A stretch of 64,000 nucleotides of DNA. It comes from Balanoglossus misakiensis (lineage: Eukaryota; Animalia; Hemichordata). Below, one piece after another: positions 39,778 through 52,542 of this stretch. How positions within the stretch are numbered: position 1 is the first letter of the stretch; every line of letters begins with the position of its first letter. Position numbers and translations under genes: made by a program. Under the pieces are notes generated by a model. The model saw nothing but the letters and a program-made list of their open reading frames with translations. It had not been told where the DNA came from and searched no databases. The stretch covers positions 992,001 to 1,056,000 of the forward strand of contig CM082590.2 in NCBI GenBank assembly GCA_040954595.2, read 5' to 3'.

Positions 39778-40129
39778 GTTAGTAGTCAAACAAGGTGTTT
39801 CGCATATCAATAAAGCAATACTCGCCAATAGCAAACGCAGCCACATGGAAACAATGCTCTAAATTACAATCGCAAATGACACAGAAAAAGTAATACATAC
39901 ACTTTTTGTATCCTCAAAAAATAATGGCCCGGTAGTGTGGACTATGCACCGTCAAATACTCGTAATGTTTACTGTGGGCACAACTACAACAGAGGTATGT
40001 TTCTCATATATATCACACCTCACTATCGTTGCAACCTAGCCAACATATACTCAATATCTCTAACAAACATACAGCCAATTTGTAACCTGCACACAAATCT
40101 AAAAATTTGGGGACAAATTTCAAACTGTG

Positions 40130-40148
40130 GCCCAACGTATGGGCGCCA
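40130..40148 (-). promoter_or_regulatory. Primer-binding site, tRNA-Lys(CUU)-like
   Basis: Minus strand TGGCGCCCATACGTTGGGC lies 3 nt from the 5' LTR. It resembles the Lys1,2 PBS TGGCGCCCAACGTGGGGC with one insertion and one mismatch. Confidence 0.75.
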
Positions 40149-40151
40149 ATT

Positions 40152-41328
40152 TGTAACCGGCTCTTCGCGACGGCAATAGTGCAGGCCGCGAGGGAACTCA
40201 GCCAAATTAATTTCTCGAGCGGGGGCCACAGGGGTTCTTCGTTTGGAGTTGACTTACAGGTTTGCAACAACAGGGAGCAGGGTGTGAAATGAGAAACTAC
40301 CACACTCTCATGTAATGTTGAACAGGATGTATTAATTAATGCAACACCTACAGTGTTGACCGACAACTATATCAAACTCAACTTACAATATTTTGCAGTA
40401 AAACTCTCAAAAGGATTACTGACAAACTTTGGCTTCAAAGTCAAACACACACTACACATGATATGAAAATATCAGCATCGATTCTCAAAAAAATCTCTGA
40501 TCAAGTCAAAATATTCACAAAAATAAATGTCTCTCTCCCTGCAGAACTTTACCGTAGTCACACATAAAAAAAGTTCAAACGCGACTCAACGTCCTGACTG
40601 ATACACACATGACGAAACTCGATGTCGGTCACACTCAGGAAAGTCCGTGACGAGGCACGGATGCCAGGCTACGACCTTCGGATCAACATCAGTGGGCGTG
40701 GTCGCTTCACGGATGTCACTCGGGCGCTCGGCAAACTTCGTGTAATCGTCCAGCTCCGATGATAAGAACACGATTACATCCGGGACACTCCTACACAGTC
40801 TATTGCTCATCAATCGGCAAAATTCACTGGAATCGTCCCAGAAACGTTCAAAGGACAAAATAAGCACTGCTCATGAAAGCACAGAATGTCAATAAACCAA
40901 CACCAACTCACTACGAAATGTCTGTCTTCACTCTCGATGGGCAACATACAAATCCTCCACAAACAGTTCAGCCTTCCCTGCGTCACGTGCGCGAAATCCG
41001 CCGACTCACATGTGATGATTCAGAACGACTATATCCCAGCGAAAACAGTCCATCCCGGGACAATACGGCATCTACCTAGGCATTGGACCCGGCGGGAGTC
41101 TGCCTCGAAGTAGCAGGTCCGTCGTTGCACTCACCACGCCAAAACACCTCGATTAAAAATCCGCATCGGCGATCAAACTCACCATAGAACTGTAGTTTGA
41201 CTCCATACTCAAGTTCTAGAAAGTTTTTCCGAAAAAACAGACCCCCTAGCTAGGTCGTATTACATACAACTCCCTTGCTAGTCGTCATATACCGGTACTA
41301 AATACCATGGCAAAATATGCGGGCTACA
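40152..41328 (-). repeat. 5' LTR (1,177 bp)
   Basis: Direct repeat of 24715-25903, adjacent to the PBS. Confidence 0.97.
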
Positions 41329-44203
41329 CAACCATGGAAATTTTAGAACTATCCGTCGATCTACAGAGTCTAGTGGAAATTTTTTTATGCGCATAGGCTT
41401 ATCTATGTGTTCTACGCATCGTAACAGAATTCGGTAAATAAACGAGGCTGTGTTTGGAAGCAACCACGGAAATTTTAGAACTATCCGTCGATCTACAGAG
41501 TCTAGTGGAAAACTTTCTTATGCAGATAGGCCTATCTATGTGTTCTGCGCCTCAAAACAGAATTCCGTTAATAAACGAGGCTGTTTGGAAGCAACAATGG
41601 AAATTTTTAGAACTATCCGTAGATCTACAGAGTCTGGTGGAAAAAATTCTTATGCGCATAGGCTTATCTATGTGTTCTACGCATCGCAAAAGAATTCGGT
41701 AAATAAACGAGGCTGTGTTTGGAAGCAACCATGGAAATGTTAGAACTATCTCTCGATCTACAGTGTCTAGGGGAAAACTTGCTTATACACATAGGCCTAT
41801 CTATGTGTTCTGCTCATCACAGCAGAATTCGGTAAATAAACGAGGCTGTGTTTGGAAGCAACCATGGAAATTTTAGTACTATCCGTCGTTCTACAGAATC
41901 TAGTGGAAAACGTTCTTATGCGCATAGGCTTATCTATGTGTTCTACGCATCACAACAGAATTCAGTAAATAAACTAGGCTGTTTGGAAAAACCATGGGAT
42001 TTTAGAACTATCCGTCGATCTACAGAGACTAGTGGAAAACTTTCTTATGCGCATAGGCCTATCATGTGTTCTGCGCATCACAACAGAATTTTCTAAACAA
42101 ACGAGGCTGTTTGGAAGCAACCATGGAAATGTTAGAACTATCCGTCGATCTACAGAGTCTAGTGGAAAACTTTCTAATGCGCATAGGCCTATCATGTGTT
42201 CTGCGCATCACAACATAATTTTCTAAACAAACGAGGCTGTTTGGAAGCAACCATGGAAATTTTAGAACTATCCGTCGATCTACAGAGTCTAGTGGAAAAC
42301 TTTCTTATGCACATAGGCCGATCTATGTGTTCTGCGCCTCACAACAGAATTCGGTAAACAAACGAGGCTGTTTGGAAGCAACAATGGAAATTTTTAGAAC
42401 TATCCGTAGATCTACAGAGTCCAGCGGAAAAAATTCTTGTGCGCATAGGCATATCTATGTGTTCTACGCCTCACAACATAATTCGGTAAATATGCGAGGC
42501 TGTTTGGAATCAACCATGGAAATTTTAGAACTATCCGTTGATCGACAGAGTCTAGTGGAAAACTTTCTTACATGTATGCGCATAGGCCTATCATGTGTTC
42601 TGCGCCTCACAACAGAATTCGGTAAATAAACGAGGCTGTGTTTGGAAGCAACCACGGAAATTTTAGAACTATCCGTCGATCTACAGAGACTAGTGGAAAA
42701 CTTTCTTATGCGCATAGGCCTATCATGTGTTCGACGCACCACAACAGAATTCGGTAAATAAACGAGGCTGTGTTTGGAAGCAACCACGGAAATTTTAGAA
42801 CTATCCGTCGATCGACAGAGTCTAGTGGAAAACTTTCTTATGCGCATAGGCCTATCATGTGTCAATTTTAGAACATCGGCGAAATTTTGGGAAGATAACT
42901 TTATGGGAGAAATCAGTCGATGGAACCATATCAAATCCGAAAATGGTCTGACCATCAAATGTCAAAGTGGCACGTTTGCTGATCGACATGTACAACATTT
43001 CCGTTGTAAACAAACCCGCGCATCATTTCATGTGTTCTGCGCATCATAACATCAACCATGGAAATTTTAGTACTATCCGTCGAACTACAGAGACTAGTGG
43101 AAAACTTTCTTATGCGCATAGGCCTATCATGTGTTCTGCGCATCACAACTGAATTTTCTAAACAAACGAGGCTGTTTGGAAGCAACCATGGAAATTTTAG
43201 TACTATCCGTCGATCTACAGAGTCTAGTGGAAAACTTTCTTATGCACATAGGCCTATCTATGTGTTCTGCGCCTCACAACATAATTCGGTAAATATGCGA
43301 GGCTGTTTGGAATCAACCATGGAAATTTTAGAACTATCCGTCGATCGACAGAGTCTAGTGGATAACTTTCTTATGCGCATAGGCCTATTATGTGTTATGC
43401 GCATCACAACAGAATTTTGTAAACAAACGAGGCTTTGTTTGGAAGCAACCATGGAAATTTTAGAACTATCCGTCGATCGACAGAGTCTAGTGGAAAACTT
43501 TCTTACATGTATGCGCATAGGCCTATCATGTGTTCTGCGCCTCACAACAGAATTCGGTAAACAAACGAGGCTGTTTGGAAGCAACAATGGAAATTTTCAG
43601 AACTATCCGTAGATCTACAGAGTCTAGTGGAAAAAAATTCTTGTGCGCATAAGCTTATCTATGTGTTCTACGCATCGCAACATAATTCGGTAAATAAACG
43701 AGGCTGTGTTTGGAAGCAACCACGGAAATTTTAGAACTATCCGTCGATCTACAGAGTCTAGTGGAAAACTTTCTTGTGCGCATTGGCCTATCTATGTGTT
43801 CTGCGCATCACAACAGAATTTTGTAAACAAACGAGGCTTTGTTTGGAAGCAACCATGGAAATTTTAGAACTATCCGTCGATCTACAGAGTCTAGTGGAAA
43901 ACTTTCTTATGCGCATAGGCCTGTCATGTGTTCGGCGCACCACAACAGAATTTTGTAAACAAACAAGGCTGTTTGGAAGCAACCAGGGAAATTTTAGAAC
44001 TATCCGTCGATCTGCAGAGTCTAGTGGAAAACTTTCTTATGCGCATAGGCCTGTCATGTGTTCGGCGCACCACAACAGAATTCGGTAAATAAACGAGGCT
44101 GTGTTTGGAAGCAACCACGGAAATTTTAGAACTATCCGTCGATCTACAGAGACTAGTGGAAAACTTTCTTATGCGCATAGGCCTATCTATGTGTTCTGCG
44201 CAT
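41329..44203. repeat. ~129-134-bp satellite array (~20 units)
   Basis: Unit GGAAGCAACCATGGAAATTTTAGAACTATCCGTCGATCTACAGAG...AAACGAGGCTGTGTTT, with anchors at 41456, 41587, 41721, 41854 etc. Interrupted at ~42862-43030. Confidence 0.95.
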
Positions 44204-45213
44204 TGTATCACCCCAACATGTAATAATTAAACCAATATGTAAGACTAACCCAATATGTAATAAACTTAAATTCTACATGTAATAAACGTTATCAGCTAGC
44301 TGCATATGTAATAAGCGTTAACCCTATATGTTATAGACTTGAATTTTACATGAAATAAACGTTTTCAGTTAACCCTATATGTCATAAACGTTAACCCTAT
44401 ATGTAATAAACTTTAGTTCTACATGAAATAACGTTAATTCTACATGAAAAAACGTTATAAGTTAACCCTATATGTAATAAACTTTAATTTTTCCTGAAAT
44501 AACGTAAAAGCCTCAGTATTTCTCGTAGGGGCAAAATTTTGTTTGAAACGGCATCTATAATTTCTAAAAGTAGATGATAATTGATACTGAATCGAACAGT
44601 AATCATCCCCAGCTCTGGTCATAAACTCATACAATTTACAATATAACGAGTGAAGAATGACTTTCTGTCCGGACAGAAAGTCACGTGAGTCAGGCTCCTG
44701 TTGGCGCACGTGACTAGTGCGCATGCGCACTCAAATGTGAATCGATGCGGAAGAGGTTTGGTCTCCCCAAATCAAGCGACTCAGCGAAGAAATGCACACT
44801 AATTCGGCGAAATTTTGGGAAGATAACTTTATGGGAGAAATCAGTCGATGGAACCAGATCAAATCCGAAAATGGTCTGACCATCAAATGTCAAAGTGGCA
44901 CGTTTGCTGATGTACAACATTTCCGTTGTAAACAAACCCGCGCATCATTTCAAGTGTTACGGGCAATATTTACAGCTTGCATGTAGCTACAGTTGCCCAA
45001 ACCTTTCTTACAACTTCATTATGTAGTATTCCATGATGAATGTACGGGAAAAACGGGCATTTTTCGATGATGAAAAATGGATACACACGGGAAATACTGA
45101 GGCTTTAATTCTACATGAAAAAACGTTATTAGTTAACCCTATATGTAATAAACGGTAACCCTATATGTAATAAACGTTAACCCAATATGTAACACTAACC
45201 CAATATGTAATAA
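44204..45213 (+). repeat. Left TIR, an array of TAACCC(A/T)ATATGTAATAA motifs split by a MITE; the remainder resumes at 52659-52700
   Basis: Reverse complement of 60331-60966, with copy-number differences. Confidence 0.85.
44509..45104. mobile_element. 596-bp MITE, TTAA-targeting (Kolobok-like)
   Basis: TIR AGCCTCAGTATTTC(T/C)CGT / ACGGGAAATACTGAGGCT, flanks TAAA/TTAA. It interrupts an AACGTTAATTCTACATG motif of the host TIR. Confidence 0.7.
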
Positions 45214-45701
45214 TTAACTATTGAAAGACAAAAGTGGAACAACACTAGAGCTTGGCTGTCTGAGGCGGGAACACCTCGTTTATTACAGGTGACCCGCAAA
45301 AATGGCCACAAAATCGACTTAATACAAAACTGTATCATAGGAAGCATATGTAACACGTGGCTAATGTATAACAAGTACATGAACCCATGGAAAGGGTGGG
45401 CGGGTGTGGTTGCGAACGCAGGCTAACCCGTCTTGAAGTTTGATGTCAAAGGTCACAACACTTAAACTTAATTACTCCCTTTGAGGGCGCTCCACTCGCT
45501 CCCCCAAAGGGTCACAATTAACTATTGAAAGACAAAAGTGGAACAACACTAGAGCTTGGCTGTCTGAGGCGGGAACACCTCGTTTATTACAGGTGACCCG
45601 CAAAAATGGCCAAGGATGAAAGACGGCCAAGCTCTGAACACGCCAATTTGTAAAAGTAGCATGCAGAAGGCAAATTACATGTGGCAAACGAGAAAAGACA
45701 A

Positions 45702-46562
45702 TCAACCCTTGAAAGAGCGCAAATAACCATTAATGCGTTCTGAAACCTCAACCCTTTTTGAAAATGGTATCTCCAGATACAAAAGGTAAGCCCCAGATTT
45801 CCAGTCCCCATGACTTTGAACAAGCTCCCCACAAACATTTGCTGAAAACGCAGCTGTGGCACCCCCTCTGCGAAAACTGTGGCCAGAAAAGGACCGTGAT
45901 GGGAAACCGGCTGTATCCAGTAGAGACCGGAGTTTAGTTGTGAAACTATGGTGGGTTAATGTTAACAACCCTGACCTGCTGGGGTAAACAAATGCTGGGC
46001 TTGCCATAGGGGCAGGGATGGCGCTGGTCACCTGGCGTAAAGCAGTAACTAGACACAGTGGTGAACCTGGCATTTGTAAGATTGGAACTGAATGGATTGT
46101 GGCCCGACACTGGTTGGTTTTGGACCATGTGGTAGCGATAACGACTCCAACTGATGTGAATTTGAAGTTGCGACGGGCTAGGTGTTTAGATGGGTCAAAT
46201 TTATTTGGGCTCGGGGGAACCAAGTTAGACTTGCCCAAAAATAAATGGAAGGCCGTTAGAAAGGCTGCCCAAAGTGTGGTGTCCAACGGCTTTGACAAAT
46301 CCAAAAACTTGTAAAGGGTAAGCAAGATAGAAGGCGTGATGGCTAATTTGCGTTTGGGAACTTGAGGGTAGGTGTGTGCGATGCCCTGCAAAGTTAAACG
46401 TAAAAACAGATGGTGAACCACTTGCCCGTCAAAACCATTCAACTCGTGGAGCAGGCGAACTGCATTAAGGTAGTTTTTCAAGGTACCAACATTTCTAATT
46501 GTTGCCGACAAACACTGAACGATCAAAGCCAAACTGGTTGGGGAGGCAGGAACTGGCTTCAA
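45702..46562 (-). pseudogene. Tyrosine recombinase of the Ngaro-type element (duplicate copy)
   Basis: Identical to 48038-48898. Confidence 0.92.
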
Positions 46563-46794
46563 ACCATAGAAAATGCAAAACAGGAAGTAAGTTTTCCACT
46601 GCGAATGAAAATTTGAAATTGTCCCATGTGCATAAGCAGCGGAAATGGTAGAGGTCCACTTTCGGTGGAGGATGCTTAATCCTTTGTTGAAGGCTTCTGC
46701 TCCTGTGAAAAATGGAGAAATTACCAGTCATGAGTGAAATTGAATAATGTGCTGTCGACGTACTTTTCTGTCAATTGTTTAGCCCCTGTCAATT

Positions 46795-47335
46795 CTATGA
46801 ATTTGGCATGGCTACGATCATCGGGTCCCAACGGCTAAGTATGTCTGCAATACGATTAGAAGCGCCGCTGACATGTACTGCCTTGATTTGAAACTGATAT
46901 TGGGCAGCAACGAACCATATTTCCCTTGCGCATTTCAACATGAAGGGATCTCTCGTACGACCGGAGTTAAGGACGTGAACGGTGGCTTCGTTATCACACT
47001 GAATGATAAATTGTCTGCCCGTTAGTTGAGTGGCCCACAGTTTACATGCAACCATTACAGTCAAGAATTCGAGAATGCTGATGTGGTGTTCTTTGTCACG
47101 AATGGTTTGGGGAAATTGGCAATGGAAATACTCATCCAGAAAGGTGCCACCGGCCCCTAGTAAGCATGCATCTGTCGTGAGAAATTGGTCTGGGAACCCC
47201 CAATCCCCAGTGGGTAACATTGATATACCATTGAAATGCTCTAGGTATGAGGTCCACCACAGAATATCTTTTTTGAACTCGGCATTGATATGGAAACGAT
47301 GATGTTGACGTCGCAGCGTGCGCAACTTGTCTAAT
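46795..47335 (-). pseudogene. RNase H fragment of the Ngaro-type element (duplicate copy)
   Basis: TTDAC, ILEFL, QCDN and IADILSR; 5'-truncated at the duplication junction. Confidence 0.9.
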
Positions 47336-48037
47336 AACCTTTCTTACAACTTCATTATGTAGTATTCCATGATGAATGTACGGGAAAAACGGGCATTTTT
47401 CGATGATGAAAAATGGATACACACGGGAAATACTGGGGCTTTAATTCTACATGAAAAAACGTTATTAGTTAACCCTATATGTAATAAACGGTAACCCTAT
47501 ATGTAATAAACGTTAACCCAATATGTAACACTAACCCAATATGTAATAATTAACTATTGAAAGACAAAAGTGGAACAACACTAGAGCTTGGCTGTCTGAG
47601 GCGGGAACACCTCGTTTATTACAGGTGACCCGCAAAAATGGCCACAAAATCGACTTAATACAAAACTGTATCATAGGAAGCATATGTAACACGTGGCTAA
47701 TGTATAACAAGTACATGAACCCATGGAAAGGGTGGGCGGGTGTGGTTGCGAACGCAGGCTAACCCGTCTTGAAGTTTGATGTCAAAGGTCACAACACTTA
47801 AACTTAATTACTCCCTTTGAGGGCGCTCCACTCGCTCCCCCAAAGGGTCACAATTAACTATTGAAAGACAAAAGTGGAACAACACTAGAGCTTGGCTGTC
47901 TGAGGCGGGAACACCTCGTTTATTACAGGTGACCCGCAAAAATGGCCAAGGATGAAAGACGGCCAAGCTCTGAACACGCCAATTTGTAAAAGTAGCATGC
48001 AGAAGGCAAATTACATGTGGCAAACGAGAAAAGACAA

Positions 48038-48898
48038 TCAACCCTTGAAAGAGCGCAAATAACCATTAATGCGTTCTGAAACCTCAACCCTTTTTGAAAA
48101 TGGTATCTCCAGATACAAAAGGTAAGCCCCAGATTTCCAGTCCCCATGACTTTGAACAAGCTCCCCACAAACATTTGCTGAAAACGCAGCTGTGGCACCC
48201 CCTCTGCGAAAACTGTGGCCAGAAAAGGACCGTGATGGGAAACCGGCTGTATCCAGTAGAGACCGGAGTTTAGTTGTGAAACTATGGTGGGTTAATGTTA
48301 ACAACCCTGACCTGCTGGGGTAAACAAATGCTGGGCTTGCCATAGGGGCAGGGATGGCGCTGGTCACCTGGCGTAAAGCAGTAACTAGACACAGTGGTGA
48401 ACCTGGCATTTGTAAGATTGGAACTGAATGGATTGTGGCCCGACACTGGTTGGTTTTGGACCATGTGGTAGCGATAACGACTCCAACTGATGTGAATTTG
48501 AAGTTGCGACGGGCTAGGTGTTTAGATGGGTCAAATTTATTTGGGCTCGGGGGAACCAAGTTAGACTTGCCCAAAAATAAATGGAAGGCCGTTAGAAAGG
48601 CTGCCCAAAGTGTGGTGTCCAACGGCTTTGACAAATCCAAAAACTTGTAAAGGGTAAGCAAGATAGAAGGCGTGATGGCTAATTTGCGTTTGGGAACTTG
48701 AGGGTAGGTGTGTGCGATGCCCTGCAAAGTTAAACGTAAAAACAGATGGTGAACCACTTGCCCGTCAAAACCATTCAACTCGTGGAGCAGGCGAACTGCA
48801 TTAAGGTAGTTTTTCAAGGTACCAACATTTCTAATTGTTGCCGACAAACACTGAACGATCAAAGCCAAACTGGTTGGGGAGGCAGGAACTGGCTTCAA
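48038..48898 (-). pseudogene. Tyrosine recombinase
   Basis: WSKTNQ, GHSFRRGGAT and HGDWKSGAYLLY. The first catalytic Arg appears replaced (FLGKSNL instead of FLRKSNL), and the N-terminus is frameshifted. Confidence 0.92.
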
Positions 48899-49130
48899 AC
48901 CATAGAAAATGCAAAACAGGAAGTAAGTTTTCCACTGCGAATGAAAATTTGAAATTGTCCCATGTGCATAAGCAGCGGAAATGGTAGAGGTCCACTTTCG
49001 GTGGAGGATGCTTAATCCTTTGTTGAAGGCTTCTGCTCCTGTGAAAAATGGAGAAATTACCAGTCATGAGTGAAATTGAATAATGTGCTGTCGACGTACT
49101 TTTCTGTCAATTGTTTAGCCCCTGTCAATT

Positions 49131-51475
49131 CTATGAATTTGGCATGGCTACGATCATCGGGTCCCAACGGCTAAGTATGTCTGCAATACGATTAGAAGCG
49201 CCGCTGACATGTACTGCCTTGATTTGAAACTGATATTGGGCAGCAACGAACCATATTTCCCTTGCGCATTTCAACATGAAGGGATCTCTCGTACGACCGG
49301 AGTTAAGGACGTGAACGGTGGCTTCGTTATCACACTGAATGATAAATTGTCTGCCCGTTAGTTGAGTGGCCCACAGTTTACATGCAACCATTACAGTCAA
49401 GAATTCGAGAATGCTGATGTGGTGTTCTTTGTCACGAATGGTTTGGGGAAATTGGCAATGGAAATACTCATCCAGAAAGGTGCCACCGGCCCCTAGTAAG
49501 CATGCATCTGTCGTGAGAAATTGGTCTGGGAACCCCCAATCCCCAGTGGGTAACATTGATATACCATTGAAATGCTCTAGGTATGAGGTCCACCACAGAA
49601 TATCTTTTTTGAACTCGGCATTGATATGGAAACGATGATGTTGACGTCGCAGCGTGCGCAACTTGTCTAATAACCTTGAGATAAAGACCCGCCCTGGCCT
49701 GACGCAACCTGCCAGAAAGGCCAGTTTACCGATAAGGGACTGTAATTCTCTTTTATTAGACCGTTTCCTAGACAACCACATGGGGAGGTACTGTTTAGTT
49801 TCGTCAAGTTTTTGCTGTGGCACACTCATAGTCATGTCGATAGTATTGAATTGCCGACCCAGGAAGGTCATTACTGGGGACGGGGAACAAGCTTTTCCCG
49901 GTGATTCATCAAGACCAAGCGCAATAAGTAAATTGCCCAACTGAGTGAATGCAAAATCAGCCTTATCGACTGATTCCGCACCGGCGAAATCATCTAAATA
50001 ATTCACACAATCACTTCCCTCCTGTTGTGATATATACCGAACTGCATTGGTAGTGCGCTGGCATGCAATGGAGGCCATTCGTAACCCAAAGGGCATTTAG
50101 TGTCAAAGAAAATCATTTCTCTCCACCTGTACCCCAATAGGAAATAGTCATGCGGATCGACAGGAATTTGGCGGTAAGCCCGTTTCAAATCACGCTTGTA
50201 AAGTAGACAACCAGGGCCTTTTATTCTGATAAGCTTAGTGAGATCATCGACGCCAGGGTAGGTCAAGGAAAAAGGCCCGTCCAAATAGAAATCAGAAGGT
50301 ATCCCATCATTCACTGAGTGGCCGATAGGGAAACTCAGATCGATAACCACCCGCCGATCCGGCGAATCCTTCTTGTCAACAGTTTGAAGCGGTGATAACA
50401 TAAGAGGTTTGTCAAAGGGATTGTCGTGAAAGGGCCCCACTAACCCGCCTAGGGCTACCTCCTTAGAGATATATCTGTCTACATGATCTGGGTACAGCAC
50501 TGCTGATTTGTGGTTGGTGGAAACTGGAAGTGGGTGATGGGATAATGTGTAATTCAATGGCCATCCAAATTCTAAGAAGTCACAAACTGCATAGTCATCA
50601 TACCCTTGTAGTTTAGCTCGCCAAATTGGAATGCATAAATTTGACTGAACTGGAATGCGGCACCCCTTGTAATTGGGTAAATTTGAATTGTAAACTGTGA
50701 CATGATTTTGAATAGACAGTGAGGCTGTGGGGGGCAATGGGGGTGGCCAATACTCTATTGGGATATGAGCGCTCTGACTTTGTTCAAAATCACAATCTGC
50801 CATATCTGAAAGTGTATCTGTTGTTGAGGTATGCTGCATATCATCTATGATACCTGCCTGGATAAAATCACAATTACTATTGTAGAAGGACCCGGATTGT
50901 GGATGTTTTGGCATGTTGGACAAGATATCAACAGGCATGTCATGATTGTTATTGTTGATGACTGATGGGGCAAATTGGGAGTCTGGATTACGAATGCCAA
51001 CATCACAATCTGGGTTGTTAGAGTCATAATCGCTGTTGTTAGCCTGGGCCATGCCAAGGTCGCAATCGTGGGAGGATTCAGATTGTAACTGTTGTGGCAC
51101 ATTAGACTCAATTTTTGTGAACGTATCACAGCTGGACAATTTTTGATCGTGATGAAAGTATGGTTCATCCTGACTTGTAATATTTGTAACTACCGGTGTA
51201 GGTGAAACTGGAATGCCTAAACAGTGTGTGCCGTCATCACAAGCTGGATCCTCAGACGCGTACCCAGCATCGTCTGAAATATTCATGTTGAGTGGAACAC
51301 TGTGACCTGAAATTTCATTGTGTGAAGACATGGTACTATCAATAGGAAAGGTACTGAGAAGTGTTTCAGTAGCTGTCAAATTCTCTGAATCATTCTGTTT
51401 GAATTCACAAGAAAATTCATGTTGGTTGTTATTGTCATAAAGACACCAATCCGTTTGGACACTGCGGTCCAACAA
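49131..51475 (-). pseudogene. Reverse transcriptase / RNase H (frameshift near 50096)
   Basis: RRVVIDLSFP, DLKRAYRQIP, then PFGLR, YLDDF, TFLG, TTDAC, CDN and ADILSR. Confidence 0.93.
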
Positions 51476-51564
51476 ATGTCTCTGGTTAAATTCGTTCCTG
51501 TTCCTGACCTGATTTTTCTTGTCACTTTGCTGCTTCGACCGTTCCTCTCTGAACTTTGGATCAT

Positions 51565-52542
51565 TGTATGGGCATTTTAGCTTAGGGTGACTCTCCTGCC
51601 TCTTCCTGAACTTGTGGCAAGCACTGCAAATGTGTTTGTACTTGCATGAGCTGCCGTCGTTGCACCGACCCTCGAGGTTGAATGCCCAACAAAACTGGAC
51701 GAGATCGCCCGATTTGGTGGGTAGGGGGACTTTGATTTGACCTCAGATGCCCGGGGATACAAGTATAATTCTTTGAGGTTGTGACCGTCGCTATCCCAAC
51801 TCCGGTGGCCACACTCGATGTCTTGTAAAAAGGCCCCATGGAACTTCAACACTGCGTCCCATGGGTACACGGACGTGAACCGCATGAGCATATTTAAGTG
51901 TTGTAGGCGTACACGCTTTTCGGTGGCTGAGATCGTGTCTGAGAGCAAGATTGATGTATAGCCCTCGACAAATTCGTTCATAGTCATGGAATCGTAACTG
52001 ATTTCCTTGCCGGCTCCGAATTATGGTCGGGGTTGTGCTGTCATATGCGGCCAAGATACGGACACCGTAGCCTTGTCTTTTCTCGTCAGAAAACGTTGAG
52101 ACTTACCCAACTTAAAATTGGAACCAAAGTCCTGCGTTGTATTGAGAAAATCGGGAACGTAGTTGTGCTGCGCCTCTCGCAAGTCACGCTGAAGTTGTGT
52201 GTCAGCGGCCATCATGCTTCTCAGCTGATCAATGTTAGGCGCGGCAGTGTCATTCCCGCCAGAATGTTGCGAGTTTGTAGCGTTTGCAACATTGCTGTGT
52301 CCGTTGGTGGGCTGAATTTCGATCCCGTTGTCTGTGCATGGGAACGATTTCTGCCCTGAATGGATATCGGCCTTGATGCTGTTTACCTCTTCTCTCAGGG
52401 CTCGGAACTCAGACAGAATTTCCGAAGCTATGTCCGATGAAACAAACTGATCAAGTCCGTCCGGTTGATTTGCAGAAGTTTTTCTACCTCTCGCCTTGCC
52501 TCGTGTAGTCGGCCTCTTAGCTGCTGCTATGCGACTCAGCAT
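51565..52542 (-). pseudogene. Gag-like ORF1 of the Ngaro-type element (frameshifted)
   Basis: MTMNEFVEGY...YPWDAVLKFH...W. A shifted frame gives CWAFNLEGRCNDGSSCKYKHICSAC (Cys/His finger). Confidence 0.8.

Larger units (their letters stand above)
24715..41328 (-). mobile_element. Gypsy/Ty3 LTR retrotransposon, full-length, defective, with two nested DNA transposons
   Basis: Two ~1.18-kb LTRs (TGT...ACA). 4-bp TSD CAAC at 24711-24714 and 41329-41332. PBS and PPT present. Gag-PR-RT-RH-IN order on the minus strand. Confidence 0.98.
45000..49677. repeat. 2,336-bp tandem duplication
   Basis: Identical ORFs at offset 2336 (45702/48038). Microhomology AACCTT at 45000, 47336 and 49672. Confidence 0.97.

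Noticed and set aside
41329-44203. CRISPR-like array
   Set aside because: The whole ~132-bp unit repeats with no unique spacers, there are no cas genes, and the context is eukaryotic. It is a satellite.
41278-44211. Repetitive ORFs (MEILELSVD..., MRIRKFST...)
   Set aside because: These are translations of the satellite in several frames on both strands.
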